From Vicugna vicugna (taxonomy: Eukaryota): 64,000 bases of DNA. The DNA lies in assembly GCA_013265495.1 (NCBI GenBank), contig MU058636.1, positions 7,084,295 through 7,148,294 on the forward strand. The letters run 5' to 3'. The translations under genes were made by a program, and so were the position numbers. Position 1 is the stretch's first letter, and the number at the start of each line of letters is the position of its first letter. The notes below the pieces were generated by a model. The model was not told the DNA's origin, did not search any database, and saw only the letters and a list, made by a program, of their open reading frames with translations. Positions 39,171-51,899 of the stretch are shown piece by piece.

Positions 39171-41051
39171 AAGAGACAAATAATCCCTGCTGTTTGAAGA
39201 TTGAAGGGCCAGATGTGACATTTCAGCTGGCCCCTTGTCTTGCAGCCCAGACACAGTAATTGTCATCTTCTCGGACCTAACATTTGAATCTCAGAGAAGA
39301 AACTCTCTTATTCATTAATTTTTTTAAATAAGCAAATCTTTTAAATAACAAAACTGCGACTATAAATTATAAACTAACACCCTGTATTTACATGCTAACT
39401 TTAAAAATACCATTTGAAACAAGATTTTAAAACATTAAATTGAGGCATAACAACTTACACCCACTCTACTGCTTTGGCAACTTCTCCCTTGATGTTTGAT
39501 GATTTTAGTCTTTCTTTCCTCCTCTTCATGGGGAAAAAAAAAAAAACAAGAAGACAAAAAGCATTAAACTTCCACAGCTCAGGACTTTAGGGTTCAGACA
39601 ACTCTGGGCTTTTGAAGCTTCAAGGGGCTTTGCAAATATACTGTGCTTCAGGAATTCCTTCGTATTTCTTTTAAAATTGTGGGGTTTTTTTTTTTTTAAT
39701 CTACATCCTGAAAAATCCAAAAATATTGATAGAGTGAGCCTAAAAGAATTTCTTCACCCCCTCAAACATCAAGCCTCCAACAGTTTACACCAACATCTTA
39801 ATCAGCACCCTGATTTATGACCATATTCTGGTAGGCCAGGTGAGGACCAGAGTGAAGAAAATGTCTCACTGAAGGATCATCCTGAAGGCCCTGATAATCC
39901 CACTTAAACATGATCGACTCTGACTCAAGCTTTCCTGAATGTTCCTGCTGAAGTGCCCCCCTCCCTCAGGCCAGAGGTTCCTCAGCCTCGCTGTGCTCTC
40001 CTCCGTGGCAGCCGACTTTCTTCTCTCTGGAGTGCTTAAAGTAACATGAAGAGGAACTGCTTCCTTCCCTTCCTCAGTTTGGGTACAGTTTTGCTGGCAA
40101 ACGTTAAAACCAACATTTTCTAAATTTAAACTGAACTCTTCTACACTTTTGAACCTCTTTACATAACTAGAATAAGCAAGATAATGCTTTTTAAGCTGCA
40201 AAAGTTTCCTCTCAAAAGGTACAAATGTGATTTCTGGGTTCCTCCAGTTTCTTTAATAAAATACTTCATTGGCTCTTTTCCTATCTTGAAGCATTCGTCT
40301 AATCATCTGCATACTCCCCAGAAGATTTCTAATGATATTAAAATAACTTTATCTAAAATCTTCAATAGTTTAATATTTAATGAGCACCTGCTGCATACAA
40401 AGTACAGCACCAAGAGCTATGGGGGATTCAACAAAATATAAACCTCATAAAATCAGGCTCAAAAATCTGCTTTGCCCAAATTATTAATAATGTAACATCC
40501 TGGGCTTCTTATGCCTTTGTGAATCTGATTTAATGACATTCAATGAAATAGTATTACAGTGACAAGTAGGTTAATAATAACCACATATTTTATGTGACCC
40601 TATTGCACAGGAAAGAATGGGAAGGAGTATATATGAAAAACATTAGAGCACCAAGACACTTGAAGATAAACTGAAGCTCTTTGGGCTGTTTAAATAAAAA
40701 AGGAAAAGTCCATGTTGCTGTATCTGTGTGGATACGTGCCCCTCTCCATCCTCAAGGAAGCTTACATAGTCTAGTTCTAAAGCTAGAACACAAACACAAA
40801 CGACCAATGAAAGGCAGAAGGGAAATCCCCGGCTTACGTGAGCCTCTTACATATAAACCACCCTCCACACTGAGCAGCTGGGGTTGCATTCCCTTCCCGG
40901 TTTTGGACCATTTGGGATGCCGTTGCTGCACAGTGTCATGTGTAAAACAGGCAGTGTGCAAACAGCAGTGCTCTTTATCTTCTCTATCTCCTGCACTAAT
41001 TTCCCATGTTTTCCCAAACAGTGAGAGCAAGATTAAAAGAAAATTTTGTTG

Positions 41052-41431
41052 TTGTTTTCTTGGTCAGCTTGGGCTACTATATCTTACCATAAACCGGGTA
41101 ACTTATAAATAACAGAGATTTATTTCTCACAGTTCTAGAGGCTGGAAGCCCGAGATCCAAGTGCCCACGTAGTCAGGTTCTGTGTCTGGTGAGAGCCCGC
41201 TTCCTGCTCATAGATGGTGGTGTTCTTGTGTGTCCTCACATGGCAAAGAGGAGAAGCAAACTCTCTTAGGACTCTTATCAGGACACTAAACCCATTCTTG
41301 GGGGCTCCACCCTCATGACCTCATCTAATCCTAATTACCTGCCAAAGATCCCACCTCCTAATACCACAACATAAGAGGATAGGGTTTCAACATTTGAATT
41401 TTAGAGGAATGGAAATATTCAGTCCGAAACA
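41052..41431. mobile_element. MLT1A-like MaLR solo LTR
   Basis: tttatttctcacagttctagaggctggaag...gggctccaccctcatgacctcatctaatcctaattacct...gtttcaacatttgaatttt. Confidence 0.88.
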
Positions 41432-41829
41432 AATACACATTTCTGGTTGACTCCAAATAAATGAGACTGGCTATGATTCTTTACTTCTGCCTTCTAATCA
41501 GTGATCACACACCTTTACCAGACTGCCCTCTCAGTGCAATATGGTGTACATTCATGCTTACCCAGCCCAGAAATCACACTCATCATAGTCATTGCTGGTA
41601 GAATATTGCTAAAGCACCCTTTAGCTTCTGTTTTATCAACCAACTAAGCTGTATTGTTATTTGCAAATAAGGATGTTTGTTTACCTATTAGCTTTTCTTT
41701 CAGCCCCTTCTCAACTTCCACTTTCACAGTCAAGTCACTGAAACTTTTCATTAACATATTAATTTCACTGTAGTTCTTTCCCACAGTTCATTGTGCCCTT
41801 GATGTCTTGCAGACAGTTTATTGTTAATA

Positions 41830-42600
41830 TATATTTGCTTCTCAGTGTGAGCCGTCCACTTCCCTCTCACTTTTGCATCACTGGATCCACATCTTTGTTC
41901 ACTCATCCTCACGTGTGTTGCAGATGACCTCTTTGGTGCAGTCCAACACTAGGTCCCCTTACTCGACACAACCAGCCATTGTCCTTCCCACTCCCCTCCC
42001 ATCCTCTGTGCTGCTGCTGGGGACCCTTCCCCCTGCCTCCAACACATATACCTAGTCTCTCCCCTCGCCAGTTCATCCTTTACTTTGACACCCAAAATCT
42101 TGCTTTAAAACATATCAGTAGCTCTTCTTTAAAATTATTATCAGTAAAACAAAATCCAGACAGGTTAGGGTTGGCATAAAACTTCCTTCATCCTCTGACT
42201 CCATGTACTTCCCACCGTCTCATCCTCCCTCCCCCATCTTGATCTATCCCCTAATACGTCCTGCGCTCCACCTGTACTCAGTTCTTACCACTCCCCGATG
42301 GTCCCCCTGCCCCTTTTCCCATCTTTATCTTAGCCGTGGTCTAACTCACTGTCCAGTCCCCGGTGAAATCTCTTCTGACTTGCCCAGAGTTCCTGCTCTG
42401 TGCTCTCTGCTCCCTTGTGCTTTGTTTATAGTTCTTTCACAGCTATTATTGTTGTGTATTATAATCATCTGTTTACACATCTGCCCCATAGACGAAACTA
42501 TGAGTTACTCAAAAGTAAGGCCATGTTTGCTCATTGTTTGTTTTCTTAGTACCCATCACAATGCCTGGTACTCCAATTCTACTACATGAGTAAATAAATA
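41830..42600 (+). mobile_element. L2 LINE 3' portion
   Basis: Pyrimidine-rich L2 body ending cccatcacaatgcctggta...gagtaaataaata. Confidence 0.6.
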
Positions 42601-43977
42601 TCAGCGACTTATGCAATGGATTTTAGAAAGTTTTCTATTTAAATGGTTTAAATAGAAGAAAACTGATGATTCTTAAAAAACTAAGCTCCGTTTATCCAGA
42701 AAATTCATTTACATGAGTCTGTTCACGCTCCCATAATGCTGGAGAAAATACACATTGTTGTATTCTTCTTATGGTTCACATTTATCATCAAAAGAATGGA
42801 TAATGATCAAATTCTCACTGAGTATTACTAGATAAACACCTACTTATGCTGTAACAAATAAACATTGGTTTTAGTAGGAGAACCCATAAAGCAAAACTCT
42901 TGTGTATGCTTTTCTTGGGCTGAAGAATCCAGTTTATTTGAAGACCTCAGTGTCTGGCTTTTTTTTTTTTTCCCCTAAGTTTTTGTATCCCTATGTATCC
43001 CACAGTAAGACTCAAATTTGAGGTTCTATGCCATCAGTGTTGGAAATGTTACACAAATAAATGTTCTTATGCTTTTCACAATATAATTTAAAGTTAATTT
43101 AACCCTTATCTTGATGTCTGAAAAGATCAGTATTTTTCATATTGATGGTATAAAACTAATGTTTTTGTTTTCATTTTTTTCATTTAATTTGAGAACAAAT
43201 AAAAATTTTAAGGTCATCAAATCAGTTCTTTTCTATATCATATTCATTCTAAAGTTATATAAACCATGTATTAGACGTTGTGCATCAAACACAAGTTTGT
43301 CTTGAACCCAGTTATTAATACCATACTTACATACAAGTAGCACAAGTTGTCTGTGCATTCAAATTAAGAACTTATTATTAGGTGGCATGTATCACATATT
43401 TAAAACCTGTTTTGTTACATATCATCTCTTAATTATGCTAAGTGGTAGGTATAAAAATAACTTATTTTGCCAAATTACAAAATGAAACTGAATCTCTTCA
43501 TAAAAATCATGTGTTATAATTGCCAATGGAGTAAAAAAGAAAAGTAGAAGAGATTTCATGATTTTTAACCAATACTGGCAACAAGTGTTTTTAATTTAGG
43601 TATTTTACTAGTAATATTTGGAAAAGTTTGTTGAACAACATAGACTTGTAGATATAGCTTTATATTTTTGTTTACTAATAGTATTGGGAACTATTGTTGA
43701 TCCTATAGATCCTATAACCCATTTCTTATAACTAATTTGTGACAAAGTAAGATTGAAAATCTTATAAATTGATTTGTTAAGCATAATGTTCAAGAAAAAT
43801 GTTTGTCTTCTCTTCCTAGACTATTATCTAAGGAAAATTAAATGAAGAATAGAATTAAGTAATAAAATATTGGATTTGAGTAAAGAAATTAATTCTGCTT
43901 ATAAGTTGTTATAAATTAGTATTTTTTTCAACTGATTTTTAAAGTGGTTTAATATTCTCCATTTTTATTCCTGGCAG

Positions 43978-44130
43978 GAACTAATTCCAGAGTTCTATTA
44001 CCTACCAGAGATGTTTGTCAACAGTAACGGATATAATCTTGGAGTCAGAGAAGATGAAGTGGTGGTAAATGATGTCGATCTTCCCCCTTGGGCGAAGAAA
44101 CCTGAAGACTTTGTACGGATCAACAGGATG
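43978..44130 (+). CDS. NBEA: Neurobeachin BEACH-domain coding exon (153 nt, phase 0/0)
   Basis: CAG acceptor, ATG|GTAAGA donor. Translates [51 protein letters not shown], with the BEACH hallmarks ELIPEFY and LPPWA. Confidence 0.97.
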
Positions 44131-44989
44131 GTAAGAGAGATTTTGTTTTTGCTTGAGTAGTCACAAGGAAGTAAAAAATATTCCATAGGTTTGTTTTGTT
44201 TTTAACATCTGTAAATGCAAGGTTAAAATTTTAAGAAAAAAAAAGCATGGCTTTTAAAGCATTCTCTACTGTAGAGTGGATTTTCCTTTCATGAGGACCA
44301 ATAAAGTAATGGTAACTCAGTTATTTTTGCTTCCTTAGGAAAAAATCAAATGAGCATCTGTTGACGAATACAGCATTCTAAAATGCTTGAAATAAATGCC
44401 TATTCCTTATTTTTGTCTGCTGGCTAAATCTGCACTCTCTTTTCACTGATAAAATATTCAAAATAAAATAACATACATTCAGAATATATTTGTAAGTAGG
44501 AGAATATAAACTGTGAAACATACCTTAAAATATAATATACTTGACTTTAAGAGAGCACCCATCTAGTAAGCATTCATAGGAAGAAAATGTCATTACTTTT
44601 TAAATCTGTATGACAGATGCTTGGGTGTTCAAATAAAAAATGTGTAAATAGAACGTTTACATATGGTTATTTTATAGATTTTAATATATTCTATCCACTT
44701 TTAAGGAGATTTTAATCTCAATGTGGTTATGGTATATGAAACTGAACCACTTTACCAAACTGCCTCTCTAGTGTACTGTTGTTCTTGGCCAAGTGAGGAA
44801 TTATATCAATAAAGCCAATGACCCAAAATATGTTTTTAACCCTATTTTACTCCCAGTTTTTTCCAGCTGTCTCATAAATGTTTTATTCTAATTTTTACAG
44901 CTTGTTTATTTGAGTCAGAATCCAAATAAGGTCCACATCACAATGGACTTCACATCTCCCTTAGTCCCTTCTGTTAAGAGCTGTATAAT

Positions 44990-45285
44990 GCACATATATC
45001 ACACAGATCTAAATCACATACCACGCAATTCAGCCATTTAAAATTAAAAAAAAAAACAAAACAGGGGGTTTTAGTCTATTCCCAGAGTCATGTAACCATC
45101 ACCACAATCAAGTGGAACGTTTTTATTGCCCCATAAAGAAACCCAGTACCCTTTAGCGTCTCCCCTCGTTTTTCGCTGTTTCCCCAACCGGCCCTAGGCA
45201 ACCACTAATCTGCTTTCTGTCACTATAGATTTGCCTATTCTGGACATTTCAAGTAAATAGAATCATATAATATGTGGTTCTTTCC
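44990..45285 (-). mobile_element. L1MB-like 3'UTR fragment
   Basis: taaccatcaccacaatc...ccctaggcaaccactaatctgctttctgtcactatagatttgcctattctggacatttc. Confidence 0.85.
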
Positions 45286-48200
45286 TCAAACCCCTGATTT
45301 TGTGTCTCTTTTTTCACTGTCAGTCACATGCTTCCTTCAATTTCAAGGCTCTGTTTTCTGTCTCTAAGAAATATTTTACTTTCAATACCCTTTATTTTAG
45401 AAAGCTGTTAGTGAGCCAGTAGACCTATGTTTAAGGTTCTGTAGAGATAATCTGCAATCTCATTTCCCCCGAGGTAACATCATGTATTACATACATTTAT
45501 GTACGATTTCTCGCACTTTTCAATCTGTAACTTGGCACTTTCAGATCTATAGAGTAATTTCATACAGTCTCCTTGAAAAACAGATTAGTTCTTCAACTTA
45601 TCTTTCTAGTTTGAAGAATTTATCCTTTAATAATGCATACTTCTAAAAATCTAGACTGACTTTTAGAATTGGTAGTCCGTTACCAGACTATCCTTAACAC
45701 ACTTGAGTACTGGCTGTAATGTCAGTGTCAGGATTCCAGACCTACAGATTCAGCCCGAGAGACCCCTACATACTGAGCTGTGTCTGGGCTGAGTGACTGA
45801 GCTGTGTCTCTCAGCCACATCAGCCACTGTGTATTTCTAGAGTGTAGAACTGGGCCTGGCAAGAGTAGTTAGTCATTAAATATTTGCTGAGTGAATGAAT
45901 GAATCACACAGAGGTAATAATCTTAATGATTTCATCATGGTGTCTAGTTAGGTCCAAGCTAGTGAAACAGAATGCAAAGTAGCCAAAAACTGTTGAACCA
46001 AATTTTCTCTTGCTCATGCTGTTGAACCCAACTGATTGAGCATAGGTTTTCATGTGCTAATGTGCTAATAATTAATAAATGCCAGGTGGTTATATTGGAA
46101 GGATTATGACTTGGAGTTTAAAAGTTTTCTGCTCATGAATCTGAGCTTTGATATTTGCTGGCTTCATTGGCTGGAGTAAATTATGGAATATCTCTGGTCC
46201 TCATATTTCTCATCTGTAGAGTGGGTATACCTAATGAATCTTTCCCCCCAAAATGTTATTTATCATAAAATTCAAGGCACTGGGTTTTTCCTCTATTCAA
46301 AACCAGTTTCTTGGTATCTTATAGACATAAATGAATCTGGTAAGACTTGTGAACTAAACGTTTCCTTCATGGAATGAAAGGCTTCCCACAAAATTCTGCT
46401 TATTTGGGAAAATCAAATTTCCCCAGTCTTGCTTCTCTGCAGCACCAGGACGCAGTGCCTGGTTAAACCGATCCTGTGTAGGAAGTGCCTAGTCAACACG
46501 TAATTGGTGGCTTGAGAAGTGTTTATTCTTTCTATCTTCTTTCCTTGGGTTTTCCTGAAAGGGATTCTACACAATAACAGGAAGGGAAAGCTAGCATGCG
46601 TATCAACAGGATTCTTTACCTAGAACCGCCATTCCTGGTGCATCGAAATTGAGCGAAAGGGCAGACCCAGGCTGCTGCCACTGGGAAGAGTCTTAAAGCA
46701 TCAGAGCTATCAAAAGACAACTTACAAAATGTAGCTGTGTTTGTCTATAGTTCTCCTGTCTCAGTGTCTCCTGTACTACTTTTCTTCAACTTGAAGTTTT
46801 CCTTCACAGCACCCTGTTCATAGTTTCCTTTGCTCCAGCCTCTGGTCTATTGTCCCATCATCCTGTTAAGAAATGACCATACAGATACCACATGGAAGTA
46901 AGGTCAGCCATCTGTGTTAAAAATAGAAAATGTGACCAATTATCTACCTATTTTCTTCTTTTTTTGCTGGAGAAATATTTTTTGATGAATATTTCTGTAA
47001 TATACAAGCCTGGGTGGTAATATAAAATATGGAAGTGTTTAAATTTTCCTTAAGTTTTCCATGAGTTCCACGAGTACAACATCCGCTTTTCAATATTATT
47101 TTGTAACATTAAAAGTTTCCAACTTCATACTGGCTGGGTAGCTCATACAGGATTTAGTGCTTATGAAGCAGGTTTAGAGAAAATGTGCTGTAGTATATTT
47201 CTAATTTGGCCAGGATTATCTTCAGTTATTTGAAGGAGTTCTTTATAATGAGCCTAAAGTATAAAATGAAAATATCGTATATCCCAAAGAAATGACATTT
47301 GCAGTGGTAGAAAACCCTTCATCTCCTGTGTAGATTAGTATTCTGTATCCATACAAAGGCATATTCCTCCTTCTTCTCTCAAACTGTCATTAAGTAATTC
47401 AAGGCAAAGAAGACAAAAATAATGCTATAAAAAGGGATGAGATCATTGATTATAAATGATCGGTTTCATTATTCCATGCCAGCAGTTAAAAAGGCATTTG
47501 ATGCATTTGTAGAAGCCTTTACATGCTGAGAACCTCATTCTCTTTTCTCATTTTTTAAAATGAAACAGTGCTTTGATTTTTTAATCGTATATTTCTTTTA
47601 GTTCGTTGTTTTTTTAGTTATGAACAATAATATACGTCACTGGTTAGAGTTATTCGTATTTTGTAAATACAGTGTCAAAGATTGTGTTTCACTGAAGAAC
47701 TGTGAAATTCAAAATTTGGTCTCATTAGCAAACCTGGAAAAGTGATATAGACACTTTTAGTAGACATTTCAATAAGTTTTCAATGCATTGAGTTCCTACA
47801 TCAAGAATTGGTTTAATTTATCCACATGAAGCTAGGCTGATTGCATCGACTCACTCATGAAACATTAATAAAGCACTGTGTTCAGTTCTAACATGATTAT
47901 AATCTGACCTCCTCACAAAGGGCAGAAATACAAAGTATCTGTGATAGCATTACCCTAATGCTGGGTTCATCCATCATAATCTGCCCTTTTTTAAAAATTT
48001 GTTTTAGAAAAAGGCCTTTCACGGATGTGCACCGATAATCTCCCCCAGCCCTCAGCTCAGCACATCCCTGGTGCCGCTGGACCAAATGCAGAACGTTCTC
48101 AGTCTGCCGAGCAGGGCACAGCGCTTTGACTGGTATTACATCCTTTAAGAGATCGTCACTTTGTAAAGGAAAAGTCTCTTTTGTGATAGGTAAAAATCTG

Positions 48201-48369
48201 CATTTGGGGTATATTGTACTAAAAGAAAAACACCTTGCTCAAAAAAGAAGCTTAAGCAAAGAGCGTAACACAAGAATTGTTGGGAGTCTACGGCAGCCAC
48301 TTGAAATATTGAGATAGGTGTCTCGTGTGTGAGTGCCCTCCCTGCCGCATACCGGTGGGTGAGCAGACA

Positions 48370-49030
48370 CACATCCCTGCCCTCTCAGAGCTTGCTTTTG
48401 ATCAAAGGGAGACAGACAATAAACAGGAAGTAAATAAGTAAAGTATCTAGTGTGTTAGCCAGTAATCAATGCTGTGGAAAAAAGAAGTAGTGCAAAGTAA
48501 AGGGATCAGAAATACAAACGTGGATGGTCAGGATCCCCTCACTGTGAAGATGAGACGTGAACTAAGACCTAAGGATGTGAGAGAATGAACCAGAGACTCT
48601 CTTGGGAAAAGAGCAGTGCAGGCAGAGGGAACATCTGGAGCAGAGGCCCTGTGGCAGGGATGTGCTGGCCAAGGAAGCCAGTGGGCTGGGGTAGAGTAAA
48701 ATGGGGCACGCAGAAGGAGGAGAGGACTGAGATCATGTACGTCCTTGAAGGCCAACGGAAGCACTTTGCATTTTCACTCCGAGTGAAGTGGAGATCTATT
48801 GCAGTGCGTTAAGCAGAAGAGTACTCTGTTTTTACTTGTGTTCTGAAAGTCTCATTCCTGCTGCAGTGCTAGGGAAGAACTGTTGAGGCACAAGGGTAGA
48901 CTCAGGCATATCTGTTAGGAAGTGTTGTGAGGGATGATGGGGGCTCGGACCAGGGTGGTAGCAGTGAAGGTAGTAGAAATCAGTTGACTGTAGATACATT
49001 TTAAAGTTAGAGCCAGCGGTTTCCTTCTGC
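48370..49030 (-). mobile_element. L2 LINE fragment
   Basis: atccctgccctctcagagctt...ggcagagggaaca...gaggccctgtggcaggga...gaccagggtggtagcagtgaaggtagtagaaa. Confidence 0.8.
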
Positions 49031-49249
49031 AGCATCCTGATAGTGACCATTTTCCCTCAGATATCCCTAGTCCTACAGAGCCAGGTAGAGAAAGGGTGGG
49101 GGCGAGTATGCAGACTGGGGATGGTGGGAGCCCAGAGGCAGATCCACTACACTTCAGTCATTTCTCCTAGGAATGAGCTGGGAAGGTGGTGTTAGTGCTG
49201 ATCATCATATTGGACTTTCAGTGGAAATTCTAGCAGCAGGAAAAGCGCA

Positions 49250-49909
49250 AGTCAACATGTTTATCTCCCACCAAATTGTGATCTTTTTGAGGACATGGCA
49301 TACTTACGCATCTGTATATCCTGTAGGGTTAGAGTCTGACAATGTTGTAGGTAGGTGGTCAGTAATTTGGGGAGATTAGGCTGTTTGACTTGTATATTTA
49401 CTTTTTAGTGGGATGTGCTCCTGGAGAGCGGAGATTTTGTCTTGCGTAGCACAGTATCCCTTGAATGTATCCTGGCACGTAGAGGTGTGCCATATTGAGT
49501 GAGTGAATGAATGAATGAATGATGAATTAATGAATGACTATCCCCCCTGTTTGGGATCCTCTTCTCTCAGATGTCCTTTCACTTCCTCATTGTGGTCTTT
49601 ACTTGTCACAAACTCTAGGAAGCCTTCTCTGTCTGCTTCCTCTGAATTAGCAGTCCCCTCCGCATCTGTCCATATGCCTTAACTTTCCTGCTTTTCTTTT
49701 CGTTAGCAATTACCACCTTCGGGCGCATTCTCTATATTAGTAATTATCTTGGGTTTTGTCGGTACAAAACCACTACAATATAAAGTCTCTGACAGGGATT
49801 TTGGTTTCATTTATTCACCGCTGTAATCCTAGGATTTAGAATAGTGTCTGGCACTTAGCAGATGGACAATCAACATTTGTTGAATGAATGAATGAATGAA
49901 TGAATGAAT
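49250..49909 (+). mobile_element. Tandem L2 3' ends with (GAAT)n tails
   Basis: Several L2 termini, e.g. tagaatagtgtctggcacttagcag...atttgttgaatgaatgaatg; (GAAT)n at about 49505-49535 and 49881-49909. Confidence 0.75.
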
Positions 49910-51899
49910 TCTTTCCCACCCATCCTCACTTCCTGACATTTTTTCTTCCTTCCTCTTGTGACCAACACATCTTCCCACTGTGTAATTAATCAACCAGTAA
50001 ATATTTATTAAACATGTATTATCTAGGAGCTACGGGAAATGCTAAAGGAGCTTTAGGTATAGTCCCTATCTTTAAAATGCTTATATTCCAATTGAGGATA
50101 CAGTATGGCAAGTTTAAAACAATTAAGTGCTAATTGGTAATAACCCCATTCCTTTGTCAAGTACTTTATAATTTATATGCAAATTGGTTTTCACAAGTGA
50201 ATTTGTATACAGTAAACAGGAGAGTACTGATGATGGCATAGACATTCATAGAGGACCTCATAGGGTGTGAACAGGAGAACTCAGGAGACAAACATTGGAC
50301 TTGAGTGAGGATGGCTAGAACTTGAGAAAGAAGCAGAAGCATTGATGAAGTGTTTTCACCTTAAGGAGAAAGGAACAATGAAGGTTCAGAGGTCGTAACA
50401 GTTGCTATGTGCCAGGGCTGTAAATTATGCTACTGGAGCCAAGGATTTGTATCAAGAAGCACAATGAAATAGTAGGGGGAGGGTGGATCAAGGTTTGGAA
50501 GGCTGTAGGGGGCAAGTGAAGTTATACCACTAGGAACCTTGGCAGATTTGAAGCAGAGTTGGACAGTACAAGCATGATGGTTTCAGAAGTCTGTTCCAGC
50601 AGCAGGGTGCAAGACCTGGGCTAGAGGAAGAGGTCAGAGTCCATTGCAGTCACCCACGTGGAGAGCAGTGGGAGCTGAGACTGCGACGGTGCTGGTGGGA
50701 ATGGAAAATAATCCTCCAGAAGCAATCGAGTAATAGAATAATTTAAGCCCCCCCAAATAAACATTTAAAACAACTGTTACCTTTGTTTAAAATAATTAAA
50801 TCTTTCATTGGGTAGTATCTATAACTTCAACTTAATCATGGAAAGAAACCAGCATAGACACGACAGACAAGCAGCAACATGACTTTCTAATTGTCCCCTG
50901 GAACATATGCAACTCTGTTTGGAGAATTTTTTCAGTATCAGAAGCAGATTTTTGAGGCAATAAGAGAAAGGGCTCGGAAAAGTTCTTGGTCTAGTCTAGA
51001 AGAAGAGAGAGATATTCACTGTTCTTAAATAAAAGAATTCAGGAGAAAAATAAACATTCTCTCTCATCACAGTTAATTTCACTAACCTGGTTTCCTTTTT
51101 CATAAGTTTCCGAGCTGCTTTATCCTAAACCTGTTAGAAAAAGAATTCTCTTCGATCTAATGCCCATGGGACAATATGGAAATTAGAATTAGGTAACTAT
51201 TATTCATTTAAGTGATATCCTCTCTGGTTAAAATCTCACTCTTTATTTCCTTCCTCCCAGATCCCCAGGGTAGAATTATGGATTGGGAATTGGTTTATCC
51301 CGGCTTAAAGCAATTGCTTCTGCTTTTAGATATTCAAGTAGAGGGTAAAGCAAGCTATTAAGACCATTATAACCTTAATAGCTTAGTAATCAAGTATTTC
51401 TGTATATTTTTCAATTGTAAGTATTTGCAGTAAAATCTTGTTTCAAAGTTCAGTTGTAAGTATTTGCAGTAAAATCTTGTTTCAAAGTGCAAAATGGGTT
51501 TGTGCATGAAAACATAGTTTTAGAAAGAACAAATAAGCAGATAGCATGTATTTAGTAACAGATTAATACTGTTAAGAGTACAGTTCAGTTCAGTGTCAGG
51601 CTTCAGCTTCAGATAGGTCTTCATGCTTTAATTATGTGACATCCAAAATTCAATTCTTAGACATGCGTTTGATTTAGAACCAGATTTAGCTTTTAAATGT
51701 TTTAACTGGATTTTCTTTTTTTTCTGCAGTAACTAGTAAGACAAGCTATAAGACTATCTGTTTAATTTACTACCTTATTGTTTCTTTGTCATTTAATTTT
51801 ATAACCCGTTCCAAAAAAAAATCTGAGGCAAAATTATTTTTTTGATTGTTTGTTTATTGATTCACTCTTCTTCCTAACACAGAATAGAATAGAGTAACT

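Noticed and set aside
46438..46459. REST/RE1-like site (cagcaccaggacgcagtgcc)
   Set aside because: The left half CAGCACC is present, but the right half does not form GGACAG at canonical spacing.
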